From an uncultured Dehalococcoidales bacterium (lineage in GTDB: Bacteria; Chloroflexota; Dehalococcoidia; E44-bin15), in NCBI GenBank assembly GCA_964431905.1, contig CAYSLE010000001.1, positions 1,185 through 50,649 of the forward strand: a DNA stretch of 49,465 nt. Direction: 5' to 3'. The stretch's first letter is position 1. Every line of letters begins with the position of its first letter. Positions 9,941-19,449 of the stretch are shown one piece after another. A model generated the notes under the pieces. That model ran no database searches, was not told the DNA's origin, and saw nothing but the letters and a program-made list of their open reading frames with translations. Both the position numbers and the translations under genes were made by a program.

Positions 9941-10166
9941 GCGCCTTCCTCTGTTTCAGGTACTCCTCCAGCGTTATCGCTGAGCCGGGGTCGGCGCGGT
10001 ATTTGGCCAGCTCCTCCTCCATGTCCCGAATGTCTTCGATGTCCTCCCCATAAACTATATCGATAGCCCTCCGAATCAACTCGGCAGCGGATGTCCTGGT
10101 CTCAAAGGCCAGACGTTTGAGCCCTTCGTGGGTCTCCTCCGGCAGGTAAATCATGGTTTTCTTCAT
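9927..10166 (-). CDS. Type II antitoxin, ribbon-helix-helix (CopG-like)
   Basis: 79 aa. TMIYLPEETHEGLKRLAFETRTSAAELIRRAI is an RHH fold signature. It sits immediately upstream of the toxin. Confidence 0.8.
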   Translation of the reverse strand: MKKTMIYLPEETHEGLKRLAFETRTSAAELIRRAIDIVYGEDIEDIRDMEEELAKYRADPGSAITLEEYLKQRKARVSA

Positions 10167-10194
10167 TCGCCACTCCTATCACCGATTCCTATAT

Positions 10195-10224
10195 ATCATA
10201 ACATATATATGTCAATATGTCAAT
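10195..10224 (-). promoter_or_regulatory. Candidate TA promoter with operator repeats
   Basis: Minus strand: TTGACA (10223-10218), 17 nt, TATGAT (10200-10195). The spacer carries a perfect 12-bp palindrome ACATATATATGT (10201-10212), and ATTGACAT occurs twice in tandem (10209-10224). Confidence 0.5.
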
Positions 10225-11543
10225 CATCTATACCTCTTGACCTCAAAGCGGTAGAGCACCACCGGCTCGTCGGGCAGGATGCCGGCTTTGGCGCGGCAGA
10301 TCTCGATCTGGTGCTCCACGCTGTCCACCCCCTCCAGGTCGGGGAGAAGAAGCCCCTTCCTCCAGCCGCTCTCAACGATGACCCCGTATCTCTTGGGGTC
10401 GAGCTGGGCCGGGCTCTCCACCGGCTCCGGCTTGGTCAGGACATCGACGCTGTATTCCAGGCCGGAAAGCTCGGCGGGGGTCACCGGCTGGAAGCGGGGG
10501 TCGCGGGTGGCTGAGCTTATAGCGTTGGAGATAACCTCCTCAGCCACATTGGGCTTGGCCGGCTCGAAGGTGCCGATGCAGCCCCGGAGCAGGCCGCCGA
10601 CCTTCAGCGAAACAAACACACCGGCACGCTCCCTCATCTCTGGGGTAAGCTCCGATGGCGGTCTGGGTATCTTCCCCTCGCGGACGTAGCTCTCTATGGT
10701 ATCTTTAGCCAGGCGCACCAGCGGGTGCATCTCCTCACCCGCCTTTATTATTATGCCGGCATAGCCCACTACGGCGTGGTAATCGCCGGTTACGTCGCCG
10801 CTTGTCTGGTACAGAACCAATTCCGCCTTGGCCGCCCCCAGTCCTTTGCACGCCGAGAGGAGGGCGACCGTGGGCGCATAGCCACACATTGTTATACGGA
10901 AATCCTCAACACGCCTTAGGAGTTCGTCTTCATTGAGCTCCAATATTGCCTCTATGGCCAGCTTATCCTTCCTGTTAGCCGACTCCTGAGGCTCGTAATG
11001 CGTCATGTCGCTGCTGGCCATGATCACCACGCCTCTTTTCGAGTCCCTGATCGCCTTGGCTATCCCTTTCCCGATCTCCTTATAGGTGGTGCCAATAGAT
11101 GGGCCCAGGACAATAGGCACGATCTTAATGTCCCTCTTGAAGTATTGCAGGAAGGGTAGCTGCACCTCGATGGAGTGCTCCTCAAGATGGGCGATGTGGT
11201 CCGGTTTCAAATGTGGGGATGACTTCAATATCCTCTTGCCCAGCTCCGAGTCGATCTCCACCTCACCCAGCGGCGTTGACCAAGTCCCCTCTACCATGAT
11301 ACTGAAGGGGTGCCCCAAACCGGTATGGTTAGGCCCCATGATGACGAAGGTATCTTTAAATCTAATCCTTGATATGACAGCGCCGGCCACCGGCCCGGAA
11401 TACATGTATCCAGCATGGGGTGAAACCAGGCCCAGCACCTCTTCCTTGGGTGCCTGTTCATCGATGAGTCTCCGAATCTGTGCCTCCAGCGAAGAAGGCG
11501 AGCCGGGATAGAACTGGCCGGCTACAATAGGATGTCTGATCAT
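10224..11543 (-). CDS. AmmeMemoRadiSam system protein B (Memo-like) fused to protein A (AMMECR1-like)
   Basis: The N-terminal half ([13 protein letters not shown]...[10 protein letters not shown]) is Memo-like. The C-terminal half ([21 protein letters not shown]) is AMMECR1-like. ATG 11543 has a GGGAGG SD and overlaps the stop of the radical SAM gene (ATGA). Confidence 0.85.
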   Translation of the reverse strand: MIRHPIVAGQFYPGSPSSLEAQIRRLIDEQAPKEEVLGLVSPHAGYMYSGPVAGAVISRIRFKDTFVIMGPNHTGLGHPFSIMVEGTWSTPLGEVEIDSELGKRILKSSPHLKPDHIAHLEEHSIEVQLPFLQYFKRDIKIVPIVLGPSIGTTYKEIGKGIAKAIRDSKRGVVIMASSDMTHYEPQESANRKDKLAIEAILELNEDELLRRVEDFRITMCGYAPTVALLSACKGLGAAKAELVLYQTSGDVTGDYHAVVGYAGIIIKAGEEMHPLVRLAKDTIESYVREGKIPRPPSELTPEMRERAGVFVSLKVGGLLRGCIGTFEPAKPNVAEEVISNAISSATRDPRFQPVTPAELSGLEYSVDVLTKPEPVESPAQLDPKRYGVIVESGWRKGLLLPDLEGVDSVEHQIEICRAKAGILPDEPVVLYRFEVKRYR

Positions 11544-12568
11544 AGTGACCTCCCCATCCTCATGTTGAGATCGGCACCGCAATAGCGGCATCTGGAATCC
11601 TCGAGGCCAACGATGTCGGTGTGATAGCCCATCCTTCCGATGACCAGGTTGCCGCAGGAATAGCAGATGGTATTCTCGTTGGCATGACCGGGCACATTGC
11701 CGGTATAGACGAAGCGCAGGCCAACCCTCTTGCCGATGGCATAGGCCCGCTCCAGGGTGGATATGGGGGTCGGGGGCAGGTCCAGTAGCTCATGTTGGGG
11801 GTAGAACCGAGTGACATGCCAGGGGGTCAGCTCCCCCAGCTTATCCCGGATCCAGGTAGCGATGCCCTCAAGCTGCTCCTCATCATCGTTCATGGTGGGG
11901 ATTATGTTGGTCACCACCTCCACATGCATCCCCCACTTCTCTTTAGCCCTCTCCGCCACCTCCAGGATCCCACGCCACCGACTTATTCGGGCGAGTTCCC
12001 GGTGAAAGCGATCGCTGAAGCCTTTTACATCAACGCGGTAGGCCTCGAGATAGGGGCCGATCATGTCCAGAGCCTCTGGGGTGATGTAGCCGTTGGTCAC
12101 ATAGACGGTATAGAGGTTGTTCTCCTTGGCCAGCTTGGCTGAATCGAGGGTATACTCAAACCATATAGTAGGCTCATTATAGGTCCAAGCGATGCCCTGG
12201 CAGTTGGAGCGCTTTGTCATATCAATCGCAGCCTGCGGCGAGACGGTTCGCGACTCTGTAAGGAAGGAGGGGTCACCGCATGAGATCTGCCAGTTCTGGC
12301 AGTGCTTGCAGTGGAAGTTGCAGCCCCAGGTGCCTAAAGAGAAGACCAGGGTCCCGGGAAAGAAGTGGAACAGCGGTTTCTTCTCGATGGGGTCCACAGC
12401 CACCGATGAAGCCGCAGCGTAATTCAGGGCGTAGAGCACACCATCGATGTTCTGGCGCATCTTGCAGACGCCTAGCTTGCCCGGAGCGATGGCGCAACGC
12501 CACTGGCAGATATGGCATCTCACTCTGGAGCCGGGGAGCTTGTCATAGAGCAACACCTCGCGCCTCAT
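11540..12568 (-). CDS. AmmeMemoRadiSam system radical SAM enzyme
   Basis: [11 protein letters not shown] (CxxxCxxC) plus the N-terminal Cys cluster [21 protein letters not shown] place the start at ATG 12568 (GGAGG 5 nt upstream). The listed ORF extends to 12751 and would overlap the divergent thiolase-like gene. Confidence 0.85.
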   Translation of the reverse strand: MRREVLLYDKLPGSRVRCHICQWRCAIAPGKLGVCKMRQNIDGVLYALNYAAASSVAVDPIEKKPLFHFFPGTLVFSLGTWGCNFHCKHCQNWQISCGDPSFLTESRTVSPQAAIDMTKRSNCQGIAWTYNEPTIWFEYTLDSAKLAKENNLYTVYVTNGYITPEALDMIGPYLEAYRVDVKGFSDRFHRELARISRWRGILEVAERAKEKWGMHVEVVTNIIPTMNDDEEQLEGIATWIRDKLGELTPWHVTRFYPQHELLDLPPTPISTLERAYAIGKRVGLRFVYTGNVPGHANENTICYSCGNLVIGRMGYHTDIVGLEDSRCRYCGADLNMRMGRSL

Positions 12569-12625
12569 CACCGCCTCCGGCCGTATTTTAGCATATTTGG
12601 GGTACGGTGTAACCCCGACTTCAAC

Positions 12626-12654
12626 TTGACTACCTTCCCCTGAGTTGGTAGACT
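12626..12654 (+). promoter_or_regulatory. Candidate sigma70-type promoter of the CoA operon
   Basis: TTGACT (12626-12631), 17 nt, TAGACT (12649-12654), about 30 nt upstream of the first CDS. Confidence 0.45.
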
Positions 12655-12686
12655 GAACTAGATAGGCAACCGTTAAAAGGGGCTTG

Positions 12687-13877
12687 ATGAAGCGGTTTAG
12701 CCTTAGAGATAAGGCCGCTATAGTTGGAATCGGTGAGACGGAGTATTCCAAAAACTCCGGGATGAGCCACCTGGCGTTACTGCTTCAGGCAGCGACCAGA
12801 GCTATAGAGGATGCCGGCCTCCGTCCCCGGGACATCGATGGCGTGATACCGGCCATGGGTGTTATCCCCTTTGAGGATATTGCCGTCAACCTGGGGACTG
12901 AAGACCTGAGATACACAGTGTCTATCCATATGGGAGGTGCCAGCGCCGTGGCCACGCTGCAGAGTGCCGCCATGGCGGTGGCCTCTGGGATTGCCACCAA
13001 TGTCCTTTGCCTCACCGGCTGGAATGGCTATTCCGGGTTTCGGGCTTCAACCGTCGGCGAGGCTGCGGATGTGTCAGCGCTACCCATGACGGCCATGGCA
13101 TCGCCAATGACCAAGTTACGGGATTTTGAAGTGCCTTATGGGATTTTGGTCCCGGCCCATTGGTATGCCCAACTTGCCATGAGGCACATGCACGAGTTCG
13201 GGACCACCAGCAGGCAACTGGGGGCAGTGGCGGTGGCCTGCCGCAAGCATGCTCAGCTCAATGAGAGAGCGATAATGCGGGGCAGGCCGATGACCATCGA
13301 GGATCATCAGAGTTCAAGGATGATCGTAACCCCCTTCCGCCTTTTCGATTGCTGCCTGGAGAACGATGGCGCTGCTGCCGTGGTGGTAACGTCGGCGGAG
13401 AGAGCTAAGGGCATGAAGCATCGCCCGGTCTACATAATGGGCATTGCCGAAGGCCATCCGGTGCCGGTCGACCACATTGCCAGCAGACTGGATATGTTTC
13501 AAGTAGGCCTTTCCTATGCTGCACCTAGGGCCTTCGCCATGGCCGGCGTCGCCCCCAGGGACATCGCTGTCGCTGAGATCTACGACTGCTTCACCTGGAC
13601 GGTGATCTGCCAGCTTGAGGCACTGGGCTTCTGTAAGCGGGGGGAGGGTGGTCCCTTCGTCGAGGGGGGTCGCATCGAACTCGGTGGAGAGTTGCCGGTA
13701 AACACCCACGGTGGCCTTCTCTCCCAGGCCCATGTATTGGGAATGAACCACGTTGTCGAGGCAGTGAGGCAGGTGCGGGGAGACGCCGGTGACGCCCAGG
13801 TCAGGGATGCTGAGATCGCTCTTGTCACCGGGTGGGGCGACCTGGGCGATGGCTCTGTTGCCATATTGAGGAGATAG
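12687..13877 (+). CDS. Thiolase-fold protein, SCP-x/Ltp2-like, lacking the canonical nucleophilic Cys
   Basis: Thiolase-like pattern (RLFDCCLENDGAAAVVV, NTHGGLLS). The nucleophile motif position reads HMGGASAV, not C-A-S-G. ATG 12687 has a better SD spacing than TTG 12684. Confidence 0.8.
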   Translation: MKRFSLRDKAAIVGIGETEYSKNSGMSHLALLLQAATRAIEDAGLRPRDIDGVIPAMGVIPFEDIAVNLGTEDLRYTVSIHMGGASAVATLQSAAMAVASGIATNVLCLTGWNGYSGFRASTVGEAADVSALPMTAMASPMTKLRDFEVPYGILVPAHWYAQLAMRHMHEFGTTSRQLGAVAVACRKHAQLNERAIMRGRPMTIEDHQSSRMIVTPFRLFDCCLENDGAAAVVVTSAERAKGMKHRPVYIMGIAEGHPVPVDHIASRLDMFQVGLSYAAPRAFAMAGVAPRDIAVAEIYDCFTWTVICQLEALGFCKRGEGGPFVEGGRIELGGELPVNTHGGLLSQAHVLGMNHVVEAVRQVRGDAGDAQVRDAEIALVTGWGDLGDGSVAILRR

Positions 13878-13878
13878 A

Positions 13879-14286
13879 ATGGCTTCTTATGATAAGCCCC
13901 TGCCGCTGATGACACGGGAGACGCGGGAATTCTGGCAGGGATGTAAAAGACACGAGCTTCTCATTCAAAGATGCAAGGACTGTAGAACCTACCGTCATTA
14001 CCCTCGTATCTTGTGCCCTAACTGCGGCTCTTGGAACGTAGAGTGGGCCAAGGTCAGCGGGAAGGGAAAGGTCTATAGCTACATAGTTGCCCACCGGCCG
14101 TTTCACCCCGCCTTCGCCGACGATGTCCCCTATGCCGCGGTCATTGTCGAACTGGAGGAGGGGGTTCGCATGGTGAGCAATGTGGTAGACTGCCGGCCGG
14201 AGGACATATACATCGGGATGCCGGTGGAGGTGGTGTTCGATGACGTCACCAAAGAGGTAACCCTGCCCCGATTTCGAAGGGCATAG
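13879..14286 (+). CDS. DUF35 OB-fold / zinc-ribbon protein
   Basis: CKDCRTYRHYPRILCPNCGS is a zinc ribbon followed by an OB-fold region. It starts 1 nt after the thiolase-like stop. Confidence 0.85.
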   Translation: MASYDKPLPLMTRETREFWQGCKRHELLIQRCKDCRTYRHYPRILCPNCGSWNVEWAKVSGKGKVYSYIVAHRPFHPAFADDVPYAAVIVELEEGVRMVSNVVDCRPEDIYIGMPVEVVFDDVTKEVTLPRFRRA

Positions 14287-14351
14287 CTGGCGTGAAATTA
14301 CGGTAATACCAGCCTTACATAGCAAATGTTCACGGAAAAGGGGGAGAGTGT

Positions 14352-15482
14352 ATGAGCCTTAAAGACAAGTATGCAATTGTGGGGGTGGGATATACCCCTC
14401 AGGGCAAGCTTCCGGATTGGACGGTGAGAGGCCTGTTTCTGGAGGCGTCGAAGAACGCCATCGAGGATGCCGGCCTCACCACCAAGGACATCGATGGCAT
14501 CCTGGTCGAGCTGTGCTGGACGGACCCTACCACCCAGTGCTGGAGCCTACAAGCAGACCTGGGCATCGAGCATACCGGGCTCTGTGCCAACTACGATTCC
14601 ATGGGGGCCAGCGCCAGCGCCAAGGTGCAACTGGCGGCCATGGCCATCGATGCCGGGCTGTGTAAAGCGGTGCTCTGTGCCTTTGTCGAGAAGTCAGCCA
14701 CCGCCTTTGCCGTCCCCTACCGTGTTTCGCTAGGTGCTGGTCTAGCCTATGGATTCTTCGGCGCCATGCCCGGCATTGCTATGGCGGCACAGGCGCACAT
14801 GAGCAAATACGGCACTACCAGCAGGCAACTGGGGGCGATAGCCGTTACCCAGCGACGGCATGCCAGCCTCAATCCCATCGCTCAGATGCGGACCCCGATA
14901 ACCATCGAGGATCACCAGAATTCGAGGATGATTGCGGCGCCGCTTCACCTACTCGATTGCTGCCTCGTCTCCGATGGCGGCCGGGCACTGGTGGTCACCT
15001 CAGCCAAGCGGGCGAAATCGCTGCGGCACCAGCCGGTCTACATCATGGGCATGGGACAGGGCCACGTCATCCTCGACCTCCCGGAGCGGCCGGATATGCT
15101 GGATACCGGTGCCAAACGTTCGGGGGAGGCAGCCTTCAAGATGGCAGGGATCACCTGCAAAGATGTGGATGTTCTCGAGCTTTACGATGCTACCACCTAT
15201 AATGTCATCACCCAGCTGGAGGAGCTCGGCTTTTGCAAGCGGGGCGAGGCCGGGCCTTTCGTAGAGGGGGGAATGCTGTCCATCGATGGCGAGCTGCCCA
15301 CTAATACCTCGGGGGGAATGCTGTCCGAGGCCTACCTCCAGGGCTGGACCGGGCTTATCGAGTTGGTGCGCCAGCTAAGGGGCGATTGCGGCCAGCGCCA
15401 GGTCAAGGATGCTGAGATCGGGCTGGTCACCAACCAGGGAGGCTTCATCGGCTTCCACTCCACCCTTATCCTGAGGAGGTAA
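14352..15482 (+). CDS. Thiolase-fold protein paralog, SCP-x/Ltp2-like, also lacking the nucleophilic Cys
   Basis: Paralog of 12687-13877 and shares an identical 20-mer with it (13206-13225 = 14817-14836). The motif position reads SMGASASA. Also LLDCCLVSDGG and NTSGGMLS. Confidence 0.8.
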   Translation: MSLKDKYAIVGVGYTPQGKLPDWTVRGLFLEASKNAIEDAGLTTKDIDGILVELCWTDPTTQCWSLQADLGIEHTGLCANYDSMGASASAKVQLAAMAIDAGLCKAVLCAFVEKSATAFAVPYRVSLGAGLAYGFFGAMPGIAMAAQAHMSKYGTTSRQLGAIAVTQRRHASLNPIAQMRTPITIEDHQNSRMIAAPLHLLDCCLVSDGGRALVVTSAKRAKSLRHQPVYIMGMGQGHVILDLPERPDMLDTGAKRSGEAAFKMAGITCKDVDVLELYDATTYNVITQLEELGFCKRGEAGPFVEGGMLSIDGELPTNTSGGMLSEAYLQGWTGLIELVRQLRGDCGQRQVKDAEIGLVTNQGGFIGFHSTLILRR

Positions 15483-15913
15483 TGATGGTTGAAATGCAGA
15501 AGCCACTTCCGGGCATAACCGAGGCGACAAAGCCCTACTGGGAGGCAGCTAAGCGGCACGAGCTATTGCTCCTGAAGTGCGTTGATTGCGGCCACTACCG
15601 CCATCCTTTGGCCCCTGGGGAGAGCTTCATGTGTCCCAACTGCAACTCGGTAAAGCAGCCGCAGTGGGTTAAGGCCAGCGGCAGGGGGAAACTTGTAACC
15701 TGGACGGTGATGTACAAAATTTTCCACCCCGCCTTCGCCAGCGAGGCGCCATATGCTGTCGCCATCGCCGAGTTGAAGGAGGGGCCGAGGATGCTGGCTA
15801 ACCTCCGCGGGGTGAAGCCTGAAAATATAAAAGCTAATATGGAGGTGGAGGTCTTTTATGAGGATCTGACCGATGAGGTCACCCTGCCCCAGTTCAGACC
15901 GAGAGGGAAATGA
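15482..15913 (+). CDS. DUF35 OB-fold / zinc-ribbon protein (second copy)
   Basis: CVDCGHYRHP...CPNCNS zinc ribbon. TAATG overlap with the upstream gene. Confidence 0.85.
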   Translation: MMVEMQKPLPGITEATKPYWEAAKRHELLLLKCVDCGHYRHPLAPGESFMCPNCNSVKQPQWVKASGRGKLVTWTVMYKIFHPAFASEAPYAVAIAELKEGPRMLANLRGVKPENIKANMEVEVFYEDLTDEVTLPQFRPRGK

Positions 15914-16524
15914 GGATGATAGTCATTGGCCTCACCGGAGGGATTCTCAGCGGAAAAAGCACTGTATCCGAGATGCTGGCTAAAAAAGGAGCGGTTATCA
16001 TAGATGCCGACAAGATCGGCCATCAAGCGTATAAGCCCGGCACGGAGACTTGGCAAAAGCTCGTTACCGCCTTCGGCAGGGGGATCCTTAAAGAGAACGA
16101 TGAGATAGATCGAAAAAAGCTGGGCGATATCGTCTTTAACAACCCCCAGGCCCTGGCCCAGCTGAACCGGATCGTGCATCCCAAGATGCACTCCATGATG
16201 AAGGAGGAGATCGAGAGACTGAGAGGTAAAGGGGTAGACGTGGTGGTGCTTGAGGCCGCGGTGCTCATCGAGGCTAACTGGACTGACCTTGTTGACGAGG
16301 TCTGGGTCACGGTAGCCCCGGAGGAAGTGGCGGTCAAGCGCCTTCAAAATAGGGGCGGCCTTAACGAGGAGCAGGCCCGGGCTCGCATCCGCTCCCAGCT
16401 CTCCCCTAATGAGCGGGCCGAGCACGCCGATGTAATAATAGATACCGATTGCCAGCTTTCCCAAGTCAGAGCCAAGGTGGAAGAGCTGTGGCAAGGGCTT
16501 CAAAAAAGGAGTGGTTCAGAATGA
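15910..16524 (+). CDS. coaE: Dephospho-CoA kinase
   Basis: [16 protein letters not shown]-loop, [12 protein letters not shown], and 204-aa length. ATGA overlaps at both ends. Confidence 0.9.
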   Translation: MRMIVIGLTGGILSGKSTVSEMLAKKGAVIIDADKIGHQAYKPGTETWQKLVTAFGRGILKENDEIDRKKLGDIVFNNPQALAQLNRIVHPKMHSMMKEEIERLRGKGVDVVVLEAAVLIEANWTDLVDEVWVTVAPEEVAVKRLQNRGGLNEEQARARIRSQLSPNERAEHADVIIDTDCQLSQVRAKVEELWQGLQKRSGSE

Positions 16525-17414
16525 GTTTGCAGAGCACCAGGACGCTTTATAGGGAACACATGATCGAGGAATATGTGGTCCGGAGGGAGCCCTATTACCT
16601 GCCCATCGGCGATGAGGTCCAAATCTTCGAGGCTGCCTTTGCCCAGAAGATACCGGTTATCCTTAAGGGGCCGACTGGCTGCGGCAAGACCAGGTTTTTG
16701 GAGTATATGGCCTACAGGTTAGGGCGCCCCCTTACCATCGTGAAGCCACGGAGTAAACAGGGGTTGCCCGAGAAAAGCGGTATCCCCCTGGTCACTGTGG
16801 CCTGCCATGAGGACCTGAGCGCCACCGATCTGGTGGGCAGATACCTCCTTGAAGGGGACTCGACCAAGTGGCTCGACGGGCCGTTAACCAGGGCAGTGAA
16901 GGCCGGGGCTATCTGTTACCTGGATGAGATCGTGGAGGCGAGAAAGGATACCACGGTGCTCATTCACCCCCTCACCGACCACCGCCGCATCCTGCCGGTG
17001 GAGAAGAAGGGACAGGTCATCGAGGCTGACAGCAATTTCCTCCTGGTGATCTCCTATAATCCCGGATACCAGAGCGCCCTGAAGGACCTCAAGCACAGCA
17101 CCCGCCAGAGATTCATCGCCATCGACTTCGCCTATCCACCTCGAGATAAGGAAAAGGAGATCATCGAGCACGAGAGCGGGGTCTCAGCAGAGGTCGCCTG
17201 GGATCTGGCCAAGCTTGGCGAGAAGGTGAGGAACCTCAAGGAGCACGGGCTTGAGGAGGGGGCTTCTACCCGTCTCTTGATCTACGCCGGCAGGCTCATC
17301 GGGGAGGGCATCCCACCGCGGAGGGCCTGTCAGGTGGCTATAGTATCGGTGCTAAGCGACGATGCCGAGGTGCAGCGAAGCATTGAGGAGGTCGTGTCCA
17401 CCATCTTTGAGTAG
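16521..17414 (+). CDS. CbbQ/NirQ/NorQ-family MoxR-type AAA+ ATPase
   Basis: Walker [24 protein letters not shown], Walker [20 protein letters not shown]...[14 protein letters not shown] 16521 follows an AAAGGAG SD and overlaps the coaE stop. Confidence 0.85.
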   Translation: MSLQSTRTLYREHMIEEYVVRREPYYLPIGDEVQIFEAAFAQKIPVILKGPTGCGKTRFLEYMAYRLGRPLTIVKPRSKQGLPEKSGIPLVTVACHEDLSATDLVGRYLLEGDSTKWLDGPLTRAVKAGAICYLDEIVEARKDTTVLIHPLTDHRRILPVEKKGQVIEADSNFLLVISYNPGYQSALKDLKHSTRQRFIAIDFAYPPRDKEKEIIEHESGVSAEVAWDLAKLGEKVRNLKEHGLEEGASTRLLIYAGRLIGEGIPPRRACQVAIVSVLSDDAEVQRSIEEVVSTIFE

Positions 17415-17443
17415 GCACCCCTTGGGAGTTGTCGGTGAACAGA

Positions 17444-18823
17444 ATGAAGCTCTTTATGGAGCCTGATTCGGTGGCCATTATCGGGGTCTCCAGAGTCACC
17501 GGCCCCGTTACCCTGAATATCCTGGAGAACCTGGTGAACGCCGGTTTTCTGGGGAGGGTCTACCCGGTGAATCCCAATGCCGACGAGATCCTGGGGATGA
17601 AATGCTACCGCAGTGTGCTCGACATCCCCGATGGTATCGACCTCGCCGTGATAACCACGCCGCGCTCAGTGGTGCCACGCATCGTCGGCGAGTGCACCCA
17701 AAAGGGAATAAGGGCTCTCATCGTCGTCGGTCAAGGGTTCGCCGACGGGGATGAGGAGGGTAAAAAGCTACAAGAAGAGATAGTGAGGATCGCCAGGGAA
17801 GGCGGGGCCAGGATACTGGGGCCCAATACCTTCGGCATCGCTAACGCCTTCAATAATCTCAGCTCAGCCTATATGAAACTGGAGATGAATAAGGTCCCCA
17901 TAGGGATTATCGCTCAGAGCGGGTTCTTTTTTGTTGGCCTGCCCAAATTCACCGTAGTGGGAAAGGGGATCGACCTGGGCAATGCCTGTGATATCGATTT
18001 CGCCGATGGCCTGGAATATTTTGAGGATGACCCCCAGATTAAATTGATCCTCCTCCATATAGAAGGGACGAAGGATGGCAGACGGTTTATTGAGGTCGCA
18101 GGGCGAGTGGCGAAGAAAAAGCCCATAATCGCCCTCAAGACGGGCAGAGGAGAAGACGGGGCCAGGGCAGCCCGCTCTCACAGCGGCTCGCTGGCAGGCA
18201 GGGACGAGGTCTACGATGCCGCTTTTCGGCAACACGGTATCATCAGGGTTGGCGATGTCGATGAGTTCCATGACCTGGCCAAGGCCTTCCTACACCTGCC
18301 CCCGATCAAGGGAAGGAGCATTGGGGTAATCACCATCACCGGCGCTGGCGGCATCATCGCCACTGACGCCTGCGAAAGGTATAACCTGCACTTGGCCAAG
18401 CTTTCACCCCAGACCTTGAGCACAATCGGCCCTTTGGCACCCTCGTGGCAGACCCTGGAGAATCCCGCCGATATCTGGCCAGCGATGATGATTGAGAGGC
18501 ACCCTTTTGATGAGGTCTTCACCACCATCCTGGAGGCATTCCTGGCCGATGGTAATATCCATGCTGTCATCCTCATCTTCGCTGCTTTCCCTATCCAGTT
18601 CCCGACATTCCCGATGAGGGACCTCAGCCAGATTGCCAACAGATTCGAAAAGCCCGTCGTCTGCTGGCTATACGGGCCCGATCCAGAGAAGATGGCCAGT
18701 CTGATAGAGAACGAGGCGAGAATAGTGGTTTTCCCCACCTTAGATCGGGCGATGAGGACTCTCTCCAGGCTCAACGATTATTTCGAATACCTAGCGAGCG
18801 CCAACAATGAAGGTGACAGATAG
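17444..18823 (+). CDS. ADP-forming acyl-CoA synthetase alpha-subunit-like CoA-binding protein
   Basis: N-terminus MKLFMEPDSVAIIGVS (CoA-binding Rossmann fold) and phosphohistidine-loop-like ARSHSGSLAG. The size matches an AcdA-type alpha subunit. The start is uncertain (TTG 17429, GTG 17435 or ATG 17444). Confidence 0.8.
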   Translation: MKLFMEPDSVAIIGVSRVTGPVTLNILENLVNAGFLGRVYPVNPNADEILGMKCYRSVLDIPDGIDLAVITTPRSVVPRIVGECTQKGIRALIVVGQGFADGDEEGKKLQEEIVRIAREGGARILGPNTFGIANAFNNLSSAYMKLEMNKVPIGIIAQSGFFFVGLPKFTVVGKGIDLGNACDIDFADGLEYFEDDPQIKLILLHIEGTKDGRRFIEVAGRVAKKKPIIALKTGRGEDGARAARSHSGSLAGRDEVYDAAFRQHGIIRVGDVDEFHDLAKAFLHLPPIKGRSIGVITITGAGGIIATDACERYNLHLAKLSPQTLSTIGPLAPSWQTLENPADIWPAMMIERHPFDEVFTTILEAFLADGNIHAVILIFAAFPIQFPTFPMRDLSQIANRFEKPVVCWLYGPDPEKMASLIENEARIVVFPTLDRAMRTLSRLNDYFEYLASANNEGDR

Positions 18824-19448
18824 TTCTCGACAGCGGAAACACCGAGCGGCCAAGGATAGCAATGCGTTCAAAGAGAAGATCCGCCGAATCCTCTCCCAGA
18901 GGGTGAAGCATACCATCGTCTTCACCGATGCCCCTTTAGCTCCGGCTGCGGTGCTGGTGCCCCTTTATAAGAGGGAAGGGGAATACTACCTCCTGTTCAC
19001 CAAGAGAACGGAGAGACTGGTGCATCATAAAGGCCAGATATCCTTCCCCGGAGGGGCACAACACAAGGAGGATCGAGACCTTGCGACCACCGCCCTCCGC
19101 GAGACCTTTGAGGAGATCGGGGTCAAGCCTGAGGACGTGGAGATATTGGGGGAGCTGGACCGGATGGGCACGGTCACCAGCTACTTCCTCATCACACCCT
19201 TCGTTGGCATTATCCCATATCCGTACAAGTTCACCGTGAGCCAAGATGAGATAGAGGAGCTGGTGGAGGTCCCCATATCGGCGCTTCTGTCCAAAGCGAA
19301 CTATCGGGAAGAGAACCACGAGTATGAGGGCAAAACCTATGTGGCGAGCTTCTTCGATTATAAAGGCAAGGTGATTTGGGGAGCAACCGCCAAGATTCTA
19401 AAGCAGTTCCTGGATCTTGTCTTCGAGGAAAATGGCACGAGGGCATGA
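18807..19448 (+). CDS. Nudix hydrolase, CoA pyrophosphatase type
   Basis: NuCoA-type motif LLFTKRTERLVHHKGQISFPGG followed by the Nudix box GGAQHKEDRDLATTALRETFEEIGV. Overlaps the upstream gene by 17 nt. Confidence 0.85.
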   Translation: MKVTDSSRQRKHRAAKDSNAFKEKIRRILSQRVKHTIVFTDAPLAPAAVLVPLYKREGEYYLLFTKRTERLVHHKGQISFPGGAQHKEDRDLATTALRETFEEIGVKPEDVEILGELDRMGTVTSYFLITPFVGIIPYPYKFTVSQDEIEELVEVPISALLSKANYREENHEYEGKTYVASFFDYKGKVIWGATAKILKQFLDLVFEENGTRA

Positions 19449-19449
19449 C

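Noticed and set aside
12662-12674. Exact 13-mer ATAGGCAACCGTT shared with 45028-45040, both at predicted transcription start sites, considered as evidence for a common regulon
   Set aside because: A rough estimate gives about 1.2e9 position pairs against 6.7e7 possible 13-mers, so more than ten exact 13-mer coincidences are expected in a 49-kb window. The copy at 12662 also lacks the TTCC half-site. I kept it only as a note under the NrpR-operator finding.
12569-12751. 61-aa N-terminal extension of the radical SAM ORF
   Set aside because: It would overlap the divergent thiolase-like gene and its promoter. ATG 12568 has a GGAGG SD, and the homologous region starts at MRREVLLYD.
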